In this document: in pieces, positions 1-10,250 of the stretch | How the letters are laid out: each line of letters opens with the position of its first letter | Numbering within the stretch: position 1 is the first letter of the stretch | Source: Patescibacteria group bacterium | GTDB lineage: Bacteria; Patescibacteriota; Microgenomatia; Levybacterales; UBA12049 | Direction: 5' to 3' | Assembly (NCBI GenBank): GCA_026004395.1 | Contig: BPJB01000001.1 | Coordinates: 969,226 to 1,033,225, forward strand | DNA length: 64,000 nt | Notes under the pieces: generated by a model | Databases searched by the model: none | What the model was told of the DNA's origin: nothing | Seen by the model: only the letters and a program-made list of their open reading frames with translations | Translations under genes and position numbers: made by a program

Positions 1-355
1 AACAATAGACATTACCCCCTCTTCCTTCCGACCACACGCCTGTTGTTGAGATTGATTGCACCCACCAATTATAACCATTTCCTCGTAGTACATTTCGTCC
101 ATAGATGTTTTCTTTATACTTATTGTATTTAAAGTTTTCGTTATTTTGAATAATTGAATCAAAAACCTTGTCTTGCCTATGCACACGAATAGCCCAATAA
201 GCATGATTTTGAGGAGGAATCATCTTAAGAACAAAATGACCTGTTGAACAATCTGCGCTAACCTTTGGATCTTGAGCTTGTGTCTTCTCAGACATCAAGA
301 ATCCAAAACACATCAAACCTGTTATAAAAAATAATGAAAATAATTTCTTTCTCAT
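1..355 (-). CDS. Secreted hypothetical protein, runs off the left edge (partial)
   Basis: ATG at 355, open to the window edge. Begins MRKKLFSLFFITGLMCFGFLMSEKTQAQ, a Sec-type signal peptide. Not in the ORF track. Confidence 0.7.
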   Translation of the reverse strand, partial: MRKKLFSLFFITGLMCFGFLMSEKTQAQDPKVSADCSTGHFVLKMIPPQNHAYWAIRVHRQDKVFDSIIQNNENFKYNKYKENIYGRNVLRGNGYNWWVQSISTTGVWSEGRGGNVYC

Positions 356-858
356 ATTTATCAATTTATAAATCTTCCCATTACCAATAGGAAAATAATT
401 TAAATTCAGTTCTAACTTTCTATTTAATTCCAATACTATAAGCTTCTAAATGTCAACTGGTAATTAACCAAGACAACATTTGCAATCTTAATTTATCTTC
501 TGAATTTTTATAAATAAAAACTCTTGTTAATTTTGTTAATTTACAAAAAATAATGAAGTTTATTTATTCTAAAAAGATGTTGCAGGAAATACCCTAAGTT
601 CTAAAGATGTATTTTTTCTGAATTCCATGTTCAAAAGTAGTCTTGCCTACTACAGTGCCATTCCTAAGAAGTGTAGAATTATTTTTTACCTACTTGATCA
701 ATACTTAAGCAAAATAAATATGTTGTAAGTATTGTGTTCGAATACTCTACAATTGACAAATTAGTAGTTATAGGATAAAATTTCGCCCTGATTAACAAAA
801 TGGTTATATAACCTGAATGTTATCAATTCTAATATATAGAAAAGGAGGTGATCTAGTA

Positions 859-1833
859 ATGTCAAAAGAGATAATTTCTAAATTTTCCAGAAGAGAATTT
901 TTGAAGCTTGGAGGAATTTCTTTGGCAAGTGGATTGCTTACTGGTTGTGGTATAAATGAGGATAAAAAACCTATTGAATCAACCAAAACTCCCACTCCTA
1001 AGGCAATTTTCACACCTACCAAAGAAAACATGCTCCCAACAGCTAGACCTACAGAAGCTAAGAAAATTGCAACTACAACTCCTACAGTAGAATCAACACC
1101 TGAATCTCAAGTGGTTGAGAACTACTGGCAAAATCCTTATCCAAATCCAGCACCTAAAGAGGGAGATTTATGGTCTTTACATAATTCTGATGGAGTTGAA
1201 GTCCTAGTAGATCTACACTCTGCACTCGGTTTTACTCCTGATGCAGATTTAAGAGTAAGCGATATTAAACCGGTTAAGTTGAATCCAGTTCCTAGTGATG
1301 CTTCGGATTTTCAAGCATATTTAAATACTGAACGAAATGGATTTCCTCCTCTAGCTGGCTATACTGATGGGATAAATGATTATGGCCAGTTCGGTGCTTC
1401 AAACCCACAAATTCCTATATATAGTTGGATGGTATTTACTGGCGAAAATATCGAACTTCCAGGAATTGGCAGAGTTGAAGGTGGAAAAGGAAGAGCAGTT
1501 ATGGTATTAATAATCAACAGAACAGAAAGAGTTTTCCGATTTCCTGAAGAATCTGTTCATGTTGAAGCTGGTTTTCAAGGATGGGGACGTATATGGAATG
1601 GTGAGCCTAACTTTGTGCAAGAAACTGAAAAACGATTAGTTAATCATTACCGAACCAGATTAGGGCAAGGTGTTCCTGAGACAGGTTTTATTGGACAATG
1701 TGATGAAGTAGATAACTGTGATAAAGTAACGGTGGTCACAGTCGAGAGAATGCAATGGGGTTATAACCCAGATGGTTCCCCAAGAGATCAATTCAGATTG
1801 ATTAGAGCAAAAACTGTGAATACTGTTAGTTAA
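859..1833 (+). CDS. Putative lipoprotein with twin-arginine-like signal and Pro/Thr linker
   Basis: AAGGAGGTGA at 842-851 supports ATG 859. SRREFLK motif, lipobox LLTGC, TPTP linker, C-terminal Cys pair. Confidence 0.8.
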   Translation: MSKEIISKFSRREFLKLGGISLASGLLTGCGINEDKKPIESTKTPTPKAIFTPTKENMLPTARPTEAKKIATTTPTVESTPESQVVENYWQNPYPNPAPKEGDLWSLHNSDGVEVLVDLHSALGFTPDADLRVSDIKPVKLNPVPSDASDFQAYLNTERNGFPPLAGYTDGINDYGQFGASNPQIPIYSWMVFTGENIELPGIGRVEGGKGRAVMVLIINRTERVFRFPEESVHVEAGFQGWGRIWNGEPNFVQETEKRLVNHYRTRLGQGVPETGFIGQCDEVDNCDKVTVVTVERMQWGYNPDGSPRDQFRLIRAKTVNTVS

Positions 1834-1843
1834 TTTTAATTTT

Positions 1844-1897
1844 ATAAAGACTAGAGTTTAAAGATACAAACCTTTGTATCTACTCTAGTCTTTTTAT
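1844..1897 (+). terminator. Intrinsic terminator hairpin
   Basis: AAAGACTAGAGT..AGATACAAA-CC-TTTGTATCT-ACTCTAGTCTTT followed by a T-rich tail, just after the stop codon. Confidence 0.75.
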
Positions 1898-2713
1898 AGT
1901 TTAATTATTATTAATTTAAATTAAGAAATAACAATCTAGTAAAATTTAATTTTTATATAGAACTACACCAAGCTAAAAGACTAAATTAGCATTGACAGAC
2001 AATAAATAGACATTTGTAAATACTTGATGTAGAGTGAATCACTCTATTTTTCTCCATAAAGGTAGATACCCTCTCTATCTAATCACTATTTCTAATCATT
2101 AGTCCGTTCTGTCTCTAGTCTGATAAAAAATCACAAAATTCCGCTCGAGTGGTAATTTGTAATTTTTGTATTATTTATAATGCGTTCTGAGTTATTTTAT
2201 TATATTTGTTGAGAAGTAGTTGTAGATAAGTTAAGATACAGGGGTAATAATTTTTATTAAGGTAGTTTTATCAGCAATGATAAATTATCCCTGTCCGTAC
2301 AGAAAAAGGAAAAGTTAATTTTGCTAATAGCCAAAGGCAAGGAAGAAAATTTACTAGTGTATTTTGCGCGCTACAATTTCTATAGATCAGATGCACTTTT
2401 GCTTTTCTAACAACACTGAGTATGATCAGACATTGCTTTAAAGTATCACCGATATACCCTTTCAGATTACGAAGTAATATCAAGATAATTTCGCAAGAGG
2501 AAATATAATTAGCAAGTAATCAGTAGGGGATAATTCTAAAATGTGAAAATCAGCAACAAAATCCACTCACAACAGATGGTAATTTGTCGCAACTGATATG
2601 CTAGTAAATCTTTCTGATGAAAGTAAGCAAGCTATTGACATAACCTATAATAAATGATATAGTGTAAATTACTATACTATTTTAGAAATACTGCCTGGTA
2701 TTTCTTTTTTTTT

Positions 2714-3400
2714 ATGCAAATTTTTAAAAATATTTTAATAATTATTACAACCAGCTTGTTTTTCAATTATTTGACTACAACAGTCAATGCCGCGGGTCAA
2801 TACGGTTGTCCAACTCAATACGGTGGAGAGTGTCCAGGCGAAATTGCACTGATCAAAAAATACGTGCAAGATCCTGTTACAAAATCCTATGAAGATACTC
2901 TTGAAAGTAATGGTAATAAATTTTCCCCAGAAGATCCTGTTTTTTTTAAAATTAGAGTTACAAATACCGGCAATGAGACACTGAATAATATCAAAATTGA
3001 AGATCAATTTCCAGATTTAATTAGCTTCGTATCAGGAGCAGGAAAATTTGATAATAATACCAAAAAATTGTCATTTGAAATAGATAAACTGCAAACAGGA
3101 GAAACAAAAGAATATATTGTTAAAGGAAAAATAGTAGCATCCAATATGCTTCCTGCCAATGAAAGCCTTATATGTGTATTAAATAAAGCATCCATAATCA
3201 TCAATGGACAAATCAGTAGTGATACTGCGCAACTTTGCATCGAGAAACCAGTTCTAGGAACAAAGACAAAAGGCGGACTAAATATCTTCCCTCCACCCCA
3301 AACCGTTACTACTCCTCAAACTGGAGCAGAAACTTTTGCTCTTTTAAGTCTTTTACCAGCAGCAGTAATAGGTACGTTGCTAAAATACAAAAGTGATTAA
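2714..3400 (+). CDS. DUF11-like Ig-fold surface protein with TPQTG (LPXTG-like) C-terminal sorting signal
   Basis: Signal peptide; FKIRVTNTG..IEDQFP..FVSG DUF11-type pattern; TPQTG followed by a hydrophobic stretch and basic tail. Confidence 0.8.
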   Translation: MQIFKNILIIITTSLFFNYLTTTVNAAGQYGCPTQYGGECPGEIALIKKYVQDPVTKSYEDTLESNGNKFSPEDPVFFKIRVTNTGNETLNNIKIEDQFPDLISFVSGAGKFDNNTKKLSFEIDKLQTGETKEYIVKGKIVASNMLPANESLICVLNKASIIINGQISSDTAQLCIEKPVLGTKTKGGLNIFPPPQTVTTPQTGAETFALLSLLPAAVIGTLLKYKSD

Positions 3401-3521
3401 ATTATATTATCAATTTTCGATTCGATTCTATGATAGAAAATCCTATGATAGAAAAAACAATATTTTATATATAATTTTCTCTATACTTTCTATTTTATGA
3501 AAGAAAGGAGGTGATTAAATA

Positions 3522-4409
3522 ATGAAAGAAAAAATCAAAAATGTTGCCATAATTGGTCTTGCTGCAACCACTGTCGCAATGACAGCAGAAAAACTAAGGG
3601 ATAAAAATGATAATGATCTTTCAAATATACTTTCTGGTATCAAAAATGGTGATCATACTCTTAGTTTAGGACAAGGAGGCATGCCATCAGTTGAACTATT
3701 TAACAATATCTACACCGTTGATACTGTTGAGGCAGCAACAGAAGAAAAACCCAAATGGGTGGTAATTGGTTTTCCAGAAAAAGCCGATAATGTTGAGGTT
3801 GCATCAGGGAATTTCGTCAACAAAGCAGGTGGAGGATCAGAAATGCTCCTTGCCGAACCAGGAAAACTTCTCGTTCACCGAGGGGAGATTGATGACAAGA
3901 AAGTGCAGGAAGCCGGAGGCGCAATCGCCTACATTGATCCGACCAATCAACAGGTATTTGAAGGGGAAGAAGCATTCTTCAATCTTCCTGAAGGAGGTAT
4001 GGTCTATGCAAGTGCAGCAAAGATGACTGTTGAGTTCGATGGAAAAATGGTTGAACTCACAGGTCCTGGCGACCATATCTGGCTACTTTACGTCCGCGGG
4101 AAGTACGCAGACGAAACATCTCCAGAAGACAGAAACGTCACCATGCACTTTACTAATTATCGACCAGGTCATATCCAGGCAATGCGATACCCTGGTGTTC
4201 CAAACGGTGGCTTCATTTCTGAAGAACAAGCCGACCAACAAGCAGGACTTGCCCAAGAAGGCGGTACAAATTGTGGATCAACTGGATGTCCAAAAGTAAG
4301 CCGTTTCCTTGCAGATATTAACACTGGAGCGTATGTCGTCCAGGAGTTAAATGAACAAGGCAAATGGGAAACCGTCGACTCAAACTGGGTGAACATTGAC
4401 CAAAATTAA
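3522..4409 (+). CDS. Secreted hypothetical protein
   Basis: Strong SD AAGGAGGTGA, N-terminal hydrophobic segment, C-terminal NCGSTGC Cys pair. Confidence 0.8.
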   Translation: MKEKIKNVAIIGLAATTVAMTAEKLRDKNDNDLSNILSGIKNGDHTLSLGQGGMPSVELFNNIYTVDTVEAATEEKPKWVVIGFPEKADNVEVASGNFVNKAGGGSEMLLAEPGKLLVHRGEIDDKKVQEAGGAIAYIDPTNQQVFEGEEAFFNLPEGGMVYASAAKMTVEFDGKMVELTGPGDHIWLLYVRGKYADETSPEDRNVTMHFTNYRPGHIQAMRYPGVPNGGFISEEQADQQAGLAQEGGTNCGSTGCPKVSRFLADINTGAYVVQELNEQGKWETVDSNWVNIDQN

Positions 4410-4430
4410 TCCTCCACATTTTGGTACTTT

Positions 4431-4475
4431 ATGACAACAAAGCTGGTTAAGCAATCGCTCCAGCTTTGTTGTCGT
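4431..4475 (+). terminator. Stem-loop after 3522-4409
   Basis: ATGACAACAAAGCTGG / CCAGCTTTGTTGTCGT inverted repeat. Confidence 0.65.
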
Positions 4476-4485
4476 ACTAAAAATT

Positions 4486-6099
4486 ATGTTACAGACAGTA
4501 AACTTGAATAAACTAAAAAACATTTCGATTATTCTGCTCATGGTTCTCTGCGGATTTCATCTACTCGCAAATTTATTCTGGTTTTCTCTTAATACCGCTC
4601 CTCTTCCGTGGGATCAAGCAGGTCACACACTGATTGCACTTCATCATAGCTACTTCTTTAAGTCTCTACTTCACCAGGATCTACTCTCGTTTCTAACGAT
4701 TTCTCCTTACTATCCACCTTTGGTCCACATAATTGCCTCCTTCCCTATTTTAATTTTTGGCAACCCCATATTTGTTTCATCTTTGACTATCACATTTTTT
4801 TTTATTGCATCAATATTACTTCTTTATATCTACACCAATGATATCTTTAAAAATCGAATCATCAGTCTGCTAACAGCGATAATCTATTCGTTTACACCTA
4901 TTATCTATGAACATTCTAGATGGTTTCTTTTGGAAATTCCACTTCTCACAGGGATTCTTGCAACCTTAATTTGCTTCGAGAAATGGGAAAAAACCAATAA
5001 ACAAACCTATTGGTACGGATGTATTCTCGCTTTCAGTTTGACAGTTTTGATAAAATGGCTTGCAGCGATATATCTTTTCCCAATTAGCATAATCTTTGCA
5101 TATGTCTCATATAATCGTCTCAAAAAAGGAGAGCTAAAAATAAACTCACTTTTAATAGGAGGGGGAATTTTTCTATCTATTGTACTTCCTTGGTACATAA
5201 CAAATCTCATTTCTCTTTTCAAAGAAACGCAAAATACTATACTTCCTGAAGTGTCCGACCCTCAAAATTTCTGGTCAAAGTCAAATTTTTTCTTCTATCT
5301 TTACCAATTCGTTACATTCCAAGTAACACTGTTCTTCTTGTTTCCAGCACTGGCTGGAGGAGAATTTTTGTGGGTTTCGCAAAATAAAAAGCGTTACTTT
5401 ATTTTTTTCTACATTCTTTTCATCTATCTTGCCTTTACTCTCATCCCAAACAAAGACCCTCGCTACACGATGCCAATTATCCTTTTTAATTCCATGCTTA
5501 TAGCATTTGCATTCTTAGAGCTGATCAAAAAAATCAAAACTTTAGGAATAACGCTGACAATACTTTTTCTGTTTTACATTATTACTCTCTATATCATTCT
5601 CTCATTTAGACCACAAACATTCCATTATCAACGAGCTATACATTTTCCAATTTTAGGATGGATCGATTATATAAACATCAATGATAACTTAGCCCATGCT
5701 TACAATAATGCATCTTGGCCTCAAGTAGCCATCCACGAAGCAATTGCCAAAGATGCACAAGGAAAAGAAGTGAAAGTATTAGTTCTTGTTGACCAAGAAC
5801 TTTTCAACCTCGGAAATCTCCTTGTAACTCGTGAAATCAATAATTTTTGGAACATTTTAAGCCTACCAGCTCCCCAGAGGATTGACCATACTGATCAGGC
5901 CGCCAAGAAATTGCTGAGTGAGTATGACTACGTAATAACTGCTAGATATCAAATCGGTGTACCTGCCACTCGTAATATAGATGTCTTAAAATTCCTAACT
6001 AATTTTATTAACCTGCATAATACTGATTGGTTTTTAAGGCTCTCGGAATTCACAATACCAACGAATGATACAATTACTATATACAAAGTCAATCTATGA
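4486..6099 (+). CDS. GT-C fold membrane glycosyltransferase (ArnT/PMT-like)
   Basis: Many TM helices, WDQAGH first-loop motif, YYPPL, NKDPRY motif. Confidence 0.8.
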   Translation: MLQTVNLNKLKNISIILLMVLCGFHLLANLFWFSLNTAPLPWDQAGHTLIALHHSYFFKSLLHQDLLSFLTISPYYPPLVHIIASFPILIFGNPIFVSSLTITFFFIASILLLYIYTNDIFKNRIISLLTAIIYSFTPIIYEHSRWFLLEIPLLTGILATLICFEKWEKTNKQTYWYGCILAFSLTVLIKWLAAIYLFPISIIFAYVSYNRLKKGELKINSLLIGGGIFLSIVLPWYITNLISLFKETQNTILPEVSDPQNFWSKSNFFFYLYQFVTFQVTLFFLFPALAGGEFLWVSQNKKRYFIFFYILFIYLAFTLIPNKDPRYTMPIILFNSMLIAFAFLELIKKIKTLGITLTILFLFYIITLYIILSFRPQTFHYQRAIHFPILGWIDYININDNLAHAYNNASWPQVAIHEAIAKDAQGKEVKVLVLVDQELFNLGNLLVTREINNFWNILSLPAPQRIDHTDQAAKKLLSEYDYVITARYQIGVPATRNIDVLKFLTNFINLHNTDWFLRLSEFTIPTNDTITIYKVNL

Positions 6100-9000
6100 T
6101 TAAACTACTTTCACTTATCCGTCGGTATCCGTATCAATCTATCATCATCGTCTTGTGTTTTTTTATCTTTGCATCAAACTACACACCTGGAACAATTCTT
6201 TCTGGATGGGATACACTCCATCCAGAGTTTAATAGAATACTTTATCTCAAACGCATTATCTTCGGAGTCTGGCAAGAACATCAAGGTCTTGGTGCACTTG
6301 CCACCCAGTCACATGTTGCAGAACTTCCAAGACTTCTGCTCTATTATGCATTGACTTTGATATTCGATCAGTCGTTTGTCCGATATGCCTACTTTTTCCT
6401 CATGATTCTCTTTGGACCTTTAGGCATGTATTTTTTTATTAGACGGATTATTCTCGAGGATAACAAGAATTTTCAGACACAAATTGCATCAACTATTGGT
6501 GGAATCTTTTATCTTCTAAATCTTGGAACAATGCAACATTTCATTGTACCTTTTGAAATGTTTGCTACTCATTTTGCTTCTCTAGGATGGGTATACCTGA
6601 TCCTTATTTCCTATCTGCAAACAAATCGTAAACTTACTCTTATAGCATACTCTATTTTAACTATTTTTATCGCATCTATCTCACACACACCAACACTCTG
6701 GTATGTATACTTCGTGTCACTGATTATCTTCCTTAGTACGTATAGCTTTCTTTCTCGATGTCAACAAACAATCAAGCAAGCTCTAATGATTATAGCACTG
6801 ACTATTACTCTTAATGCGTTCTGGATAATGCCTAACCTTTATTTTATATTTACAGACGGACACGACGTTGAACGATCAAAAATACATAGCCTCTTCTCAG
6901 AAGAAGCATTTGAACAAAACGCTGCATTTGGAACAATAAACGACTTTATATTCTTTAAAAATTTTCTCTTTAATTGGAAAGTGTATAATTTTGATAGTAA
7001 TCAATTTTCTCCCCTCTTAGATGCTTGGATTTTACACCTTAAAAATCCTATTGTTCTTATTTTAGGTTACTTATTCTTTGCGATTGTCTTGCTTGGAATA
7101 GTATATTCTCTTAAAAAACGCCATCTGATTGCAATATCCACATTACCACTCTACTTTATTTGTCTATTTTTTTGGTTGAATATCAACCCCCCCTTTGGTA
7201 ATTTATTTGTCTTCCTTCAAGAACATATCCCGCTCTTTAAGGAAGTATTTCGCTTCCCATTCACCAAGTTCTCAATACTTCTTATCTTCCTGTCAGCAAT
7301 ATATTTTTCACTTGGTATTTCGTTTTTGTTAAATATTTTTACTAAAGTTACTAAACAAAAGTACATCTGGCAATTCTTATTTATCATTATAGTCTTAAGT
7401 CAAGTTTATTATATGTTACCTGCGTTTCAAGGATACTTCATAAGCCCAGCCATGAGGGTGCGTATCCCAGAGGAATACTTTGCACTTTTCTCTTGGTTTG
7501 ATAAACAACCCAACGGCCGTGTAGCTTCGCTTCCTATCCATAGTTTTTGGGGATGGACATATTATAAATGGGGGTATCAAGGAGCAGGATTTATTTGGTT
7601 TGGTATAAAACAGCCGATTCTTGATCGAGAATTTGATCGATGGAACCCATTAAACGAACAATATTATCGAGAAATGTCACACGCTGTTTATAGTAAGGAT
7701 CCTACTCTTCTTGATAAGGTATTGCGTAAATATAATATCAAATATATTTTACTTGATAAAAACGTGATTGCCCCCGGATCAAACTCCTCAGTACTTTTTT
7801 ATAATGAAATCGAACAAATGCTCTCCAAGCTACCAAATATATATGCTCCAGTTAGGTTCGGAAAAAATATTCTTGTATATAAAACGAAGTATTTTTCCTC
7901 TTCTTTACAATTAGTCACAAATCCGAAAATTATCTCTCCTGAGGCTAGAAGTTTCTATAAAGATGAAGCGTATGCTGAGTACGGTGACTATATAACACTA
8001 CCCACAAATTCATCAAGTAAAAAAAACATAGATTATCCATTCAGAAACATTATTGATAATCAAAATCGAGTGGATAAAAATAAAATATCTCTAACGAAAG
8101 AAGGAATTTTATTTAAAATTCCTAATAACTACACCAAGATTAAACAGGTTGCTTACACTTCTACTGAACGTTTGCTTCCTACTCAAACTATCCTGCAGCG
8201 TGACAACAAAAACATCAAATTATTATTCTATCCCTACCTAATTGCTCAAAATCAATACTCTTTATCACCAATCACTCTTACTGCTCAACTTCCAGAAATG
8301 AATTATTCTCAACAAATCAGCATTGTAGTAAATAATACTTACATCAGCACACTCAAACTCAAGGATGTACCAGAAAATGTCTCTTTATCATTAGGTACAA
8401 TCATGCTTCAAACCGACAGAGATAATACCGTCGCACTCTTCAGCGATTATCAAGAGCAAATGATTCCATTAAAATTTTCACCACAATTACTTTTACCTTT
8501 TGCATGTGATCCTAAAAATATCAACAATAAAATATATGGATTTACTCTGGATAAAGATGAAAATGGCTTTACTCTTTTCGGTAAAGATACTGCTGTATGC
8601 CTCATGATCTCGCTGGCTAAGGAATTTCCTATTCTACAAACAGATACCCTTGTCAAATTGCAATATAACACTGATACTATAACAACAAATCTATGTTTAG
8701 TTGATTTAAATGACGGCAAATGCAAAAACAATATTTCAAAAAACTATAACACAAATGTTGGTGGCACAACTGTCTCCTTGTATTTTTCTCTTAAGGCAGA
8801 ACAGGAAAGAAATGCAGGCTTAAAAATAGTACTAGATGCAACTAACAGTCAAAAAGTACTTGTTCAATCTCATTTTTACAATGCCTCGTTGCATATACCT
8901 AAACAAATATTAGAATTTACAATTCCCAAAAAAGTCATTATCAGTTCTATCCAAGAACAAGAAGGAAACTATTTAAGTGCGAAAAATTTAGAATTTCCAT

Positions 9001-9899
9001 ACACTGGTGATGAGAAATTAAGTTTTGATATCACCCAAACACCTAAAATCGATAATAGATGTAGTGATACACAATTTTTCACTTTTGATAATCGACGCGA
9101 TGTAATCAAAGAGAAGAATGAAAATTATCTTAGATATATTTCCTACGATGGATCATTATGCGATCACTTCTCGTATCCGAATATCTCCCATAAAAATGCA
9201 TATTTAATTGCAATTACAGCAAGAAACGTTACTGGTCTACCAATTAGACTTTGCATCACGAATTACGAATCAAAACGTTGTGACCTGTATACTACATTAT
9301 CCAAATCACGAATATTTAATACCGATATCTTCCTGCTTCCGCCGTTGCAAGATATTACAAATACGACATCAGAAAGAACAGGCTACGATGTAAACATCAA
9401 CAATTTTGGAATCAAACCACACGGAAGTATCAATGATTTGAAATCTATACAGATTATTCCAATACCCTACAACTGGCTATCAAAACTTAATACTGATTGG
9501 AATTATTCTATAGCTCAAGGAGGAAGATCTGAACTTCATACCATAATACATCCGTATCAAGGCCTATATATACTTGAAAATATTCCGCATATTCCCAAAG
9601 AAAGCATTATTGTTCTTAATCAGGCATATCACACAGGGTGGAAAGCTTACAATGTCTCGCTCAATAGACCAAAATCAATAAATCTTCTTAAAATAGCACT
9701 TCCTTTTTTCTTTGGAAAAAACTTAGGCAGTCATATTATAGTCAATAACTGGGCAAACGGATGGATAAACGATAATCAACAAACCACATCCCTCAATAAT
9801 GTAATTGTGTTTGTGTATTTACCTCAATACCTTGCATATCTTGGATTTATCCTATTTGCTGTTTCTCTTTTCATCCTAGTTTTAAAACAGCGAAAGTAG
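6096..9899 (+). CDS. Large GT-C-like membrane protein with long extracellular C-terminal region
   Basis: ATGA overlap with the upstream GT. Multi-TM N-half (GWD, FRFPFTKF), soluble C-half ending NNWANGW plus a terminal TM helix. Confidence 0.7.
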   Translation: MIKLLSLIRRYPYQSIIIVLCFFIFASNYTPGTILSGWDTLHPEFNRILYLKRIIFGVWQEHQGLGALATQSHVAELPRLLLYYALTLIFDQSFVRYAYFFLMILFGPLGMYFFIRRIILEDNKNFQTQIASTIGGIFYLLNLGTMQHFIVPFEMFATHFASLGWVYLILISYLQTNRKLTLIAYSILTIFIASISHTPTLWYVYFVSLIIFLSTYSFLSRCQQTIKQALMIIALTITLNAFWIMPNLYFIFTDGHDVERSKIHSLFSEEAFEQNAAFGTINDFIFFKNFLFNWKVYNFDSNQFSPLLDAWILHLKNPIVLILGYLFFAIVLLGIVYSLKKRHLIAISTLPLYFICLFFWLNINPPFGNLFVFLQEHIPLFKEVFRFPFTKFSILLIFLSAIYFSLGISFLLNIFTKVTKQKYIWQFLFIIIVLSQVYYMLPAFQGYFISPAMRVRIPEEYFALFSWFDKQPNGRVASLPIHSFWGWTYYKWGYQGAGFIWFGIKQPILDREFDRWNPLNEQYYREMSHAVYSKDPTLLDKVLRKYNIKYILLDKNVIAPGSNSSVLFYNEIEQMLSKLPNIYAPVRFGKNILVYKTKYFSSSLQLVTNPKIISPEARSFYKDEAYAEYGDYITLPTNSSSKKNIDYPFRNIIDNQNRVDKNKISLTKEGILFKIPNNYTKIKQVAYTSTERLLPTQTILQRDNKNIKLLFYPYLIAQNQYSLSPITLTAQLPEMNYSQQISIVVNNTYISTLKLKDVPENVSLSLGTIMLQTDRDNTVALFSDYQEQMIPLKFSPQLLLPFACDPKNINNKIYGFTLDKDENGFTLFGKDTAVCLMISLAKEFPILQTDTLVKLQYNTDTITTNLCLVDLNDGKCKNNISKNYNTNVGGTTVSLYFSLKAEQERNAGLKIVLDATNSQKVLVQSHFYNASLHIPKQILEFTIPKKVIISSIQEQEGNYLSAKNLEFPYTGDEKLSFDITQTPKIDNRCSDTQFFTFDNRRDVIKEKNENYLRYISYDGSLCDHFSYPNISHKNAYLIAITARNVTGLPIRLCITNYESKRCDLYTTLSKSRIFNTDIFLLPPLQDITNTTSERTGYDVNINNFGIKPHGSINDLKSIQIIPIPYNWLSKLNTDWNYSIAQGGRSELHTIIHPYQGLYILENIPHIPKESIIVLNQAYHTGWKAYNVSLNRPKSINLLKIALPFFFGKNLGSHIIVNNWANGWINDNQQTTSLNNVIVFVYLPQYLAYLGFILFAVSLFILVLKQRK

Positions 9900-9964
9900 A
9901 ATAGACGATCAAAACTTGACTAAAAACAATTGACATGTTATTATAGGATGATAAATTATTTACT

Positions 9965-10198
9965 ATGTATTATGAAAATAAGGCTAATATTGAATTAGCT
10001 ATAAAATTTATAGGTTATATTATTTTTTTCATAGCTATATACTCTGCGCTCGTCAGGGTAGATCACTACCTTCGTCTTAAAGCTTTTGATGATTGTGGGG
10101 AGTTATCCCGTTATGAAACAACTGATAAAAATTCCCGATTCTCTTATCCTGTATTGGATATCTACAATCAATGTCTGGAAGATAAAGGTTTAAAATAA
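9965..10198 (+). CDS. Small membrane-anchored hypothetical protein with Cys pair
   Basis: One TM helix, two Cys; TTGACA promoter element upstream. Confidence 0.65.
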   Translation: MYYENKANIELAIKFIGYIIFFIAIYSALVRVDHYLRLKAFDDCGELSRYETTDKNSRFSYPVLDIYNQCLEDKGLK

Positions 10199-10250
10199 TC
10201 TTTAAAAAATATTTATCCTGATAATAAAAAAATTTTTTTTCTCAGGTGAT

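Noticed and set aside
2138-2150. 13-bp match (ATTCCGCTCGAGT) to the 3' end of tRNA-Ala(GGC) as a possible att site
   Set aside because: It is inverted relative to the tRNA rather than a direct repeat, it is short, and no integrase is visible.
2271-2483. 70-aa minus-strand ORF in an AT-rich gap
   Set aside because: No start signals or motif; could be decayed sequence but cannot be supported.
3428-3456. Direct repeat CTATGATAGAAAA x2
   Set aside because: Only two copies in AT-rich DNA; most likely a local duplication.
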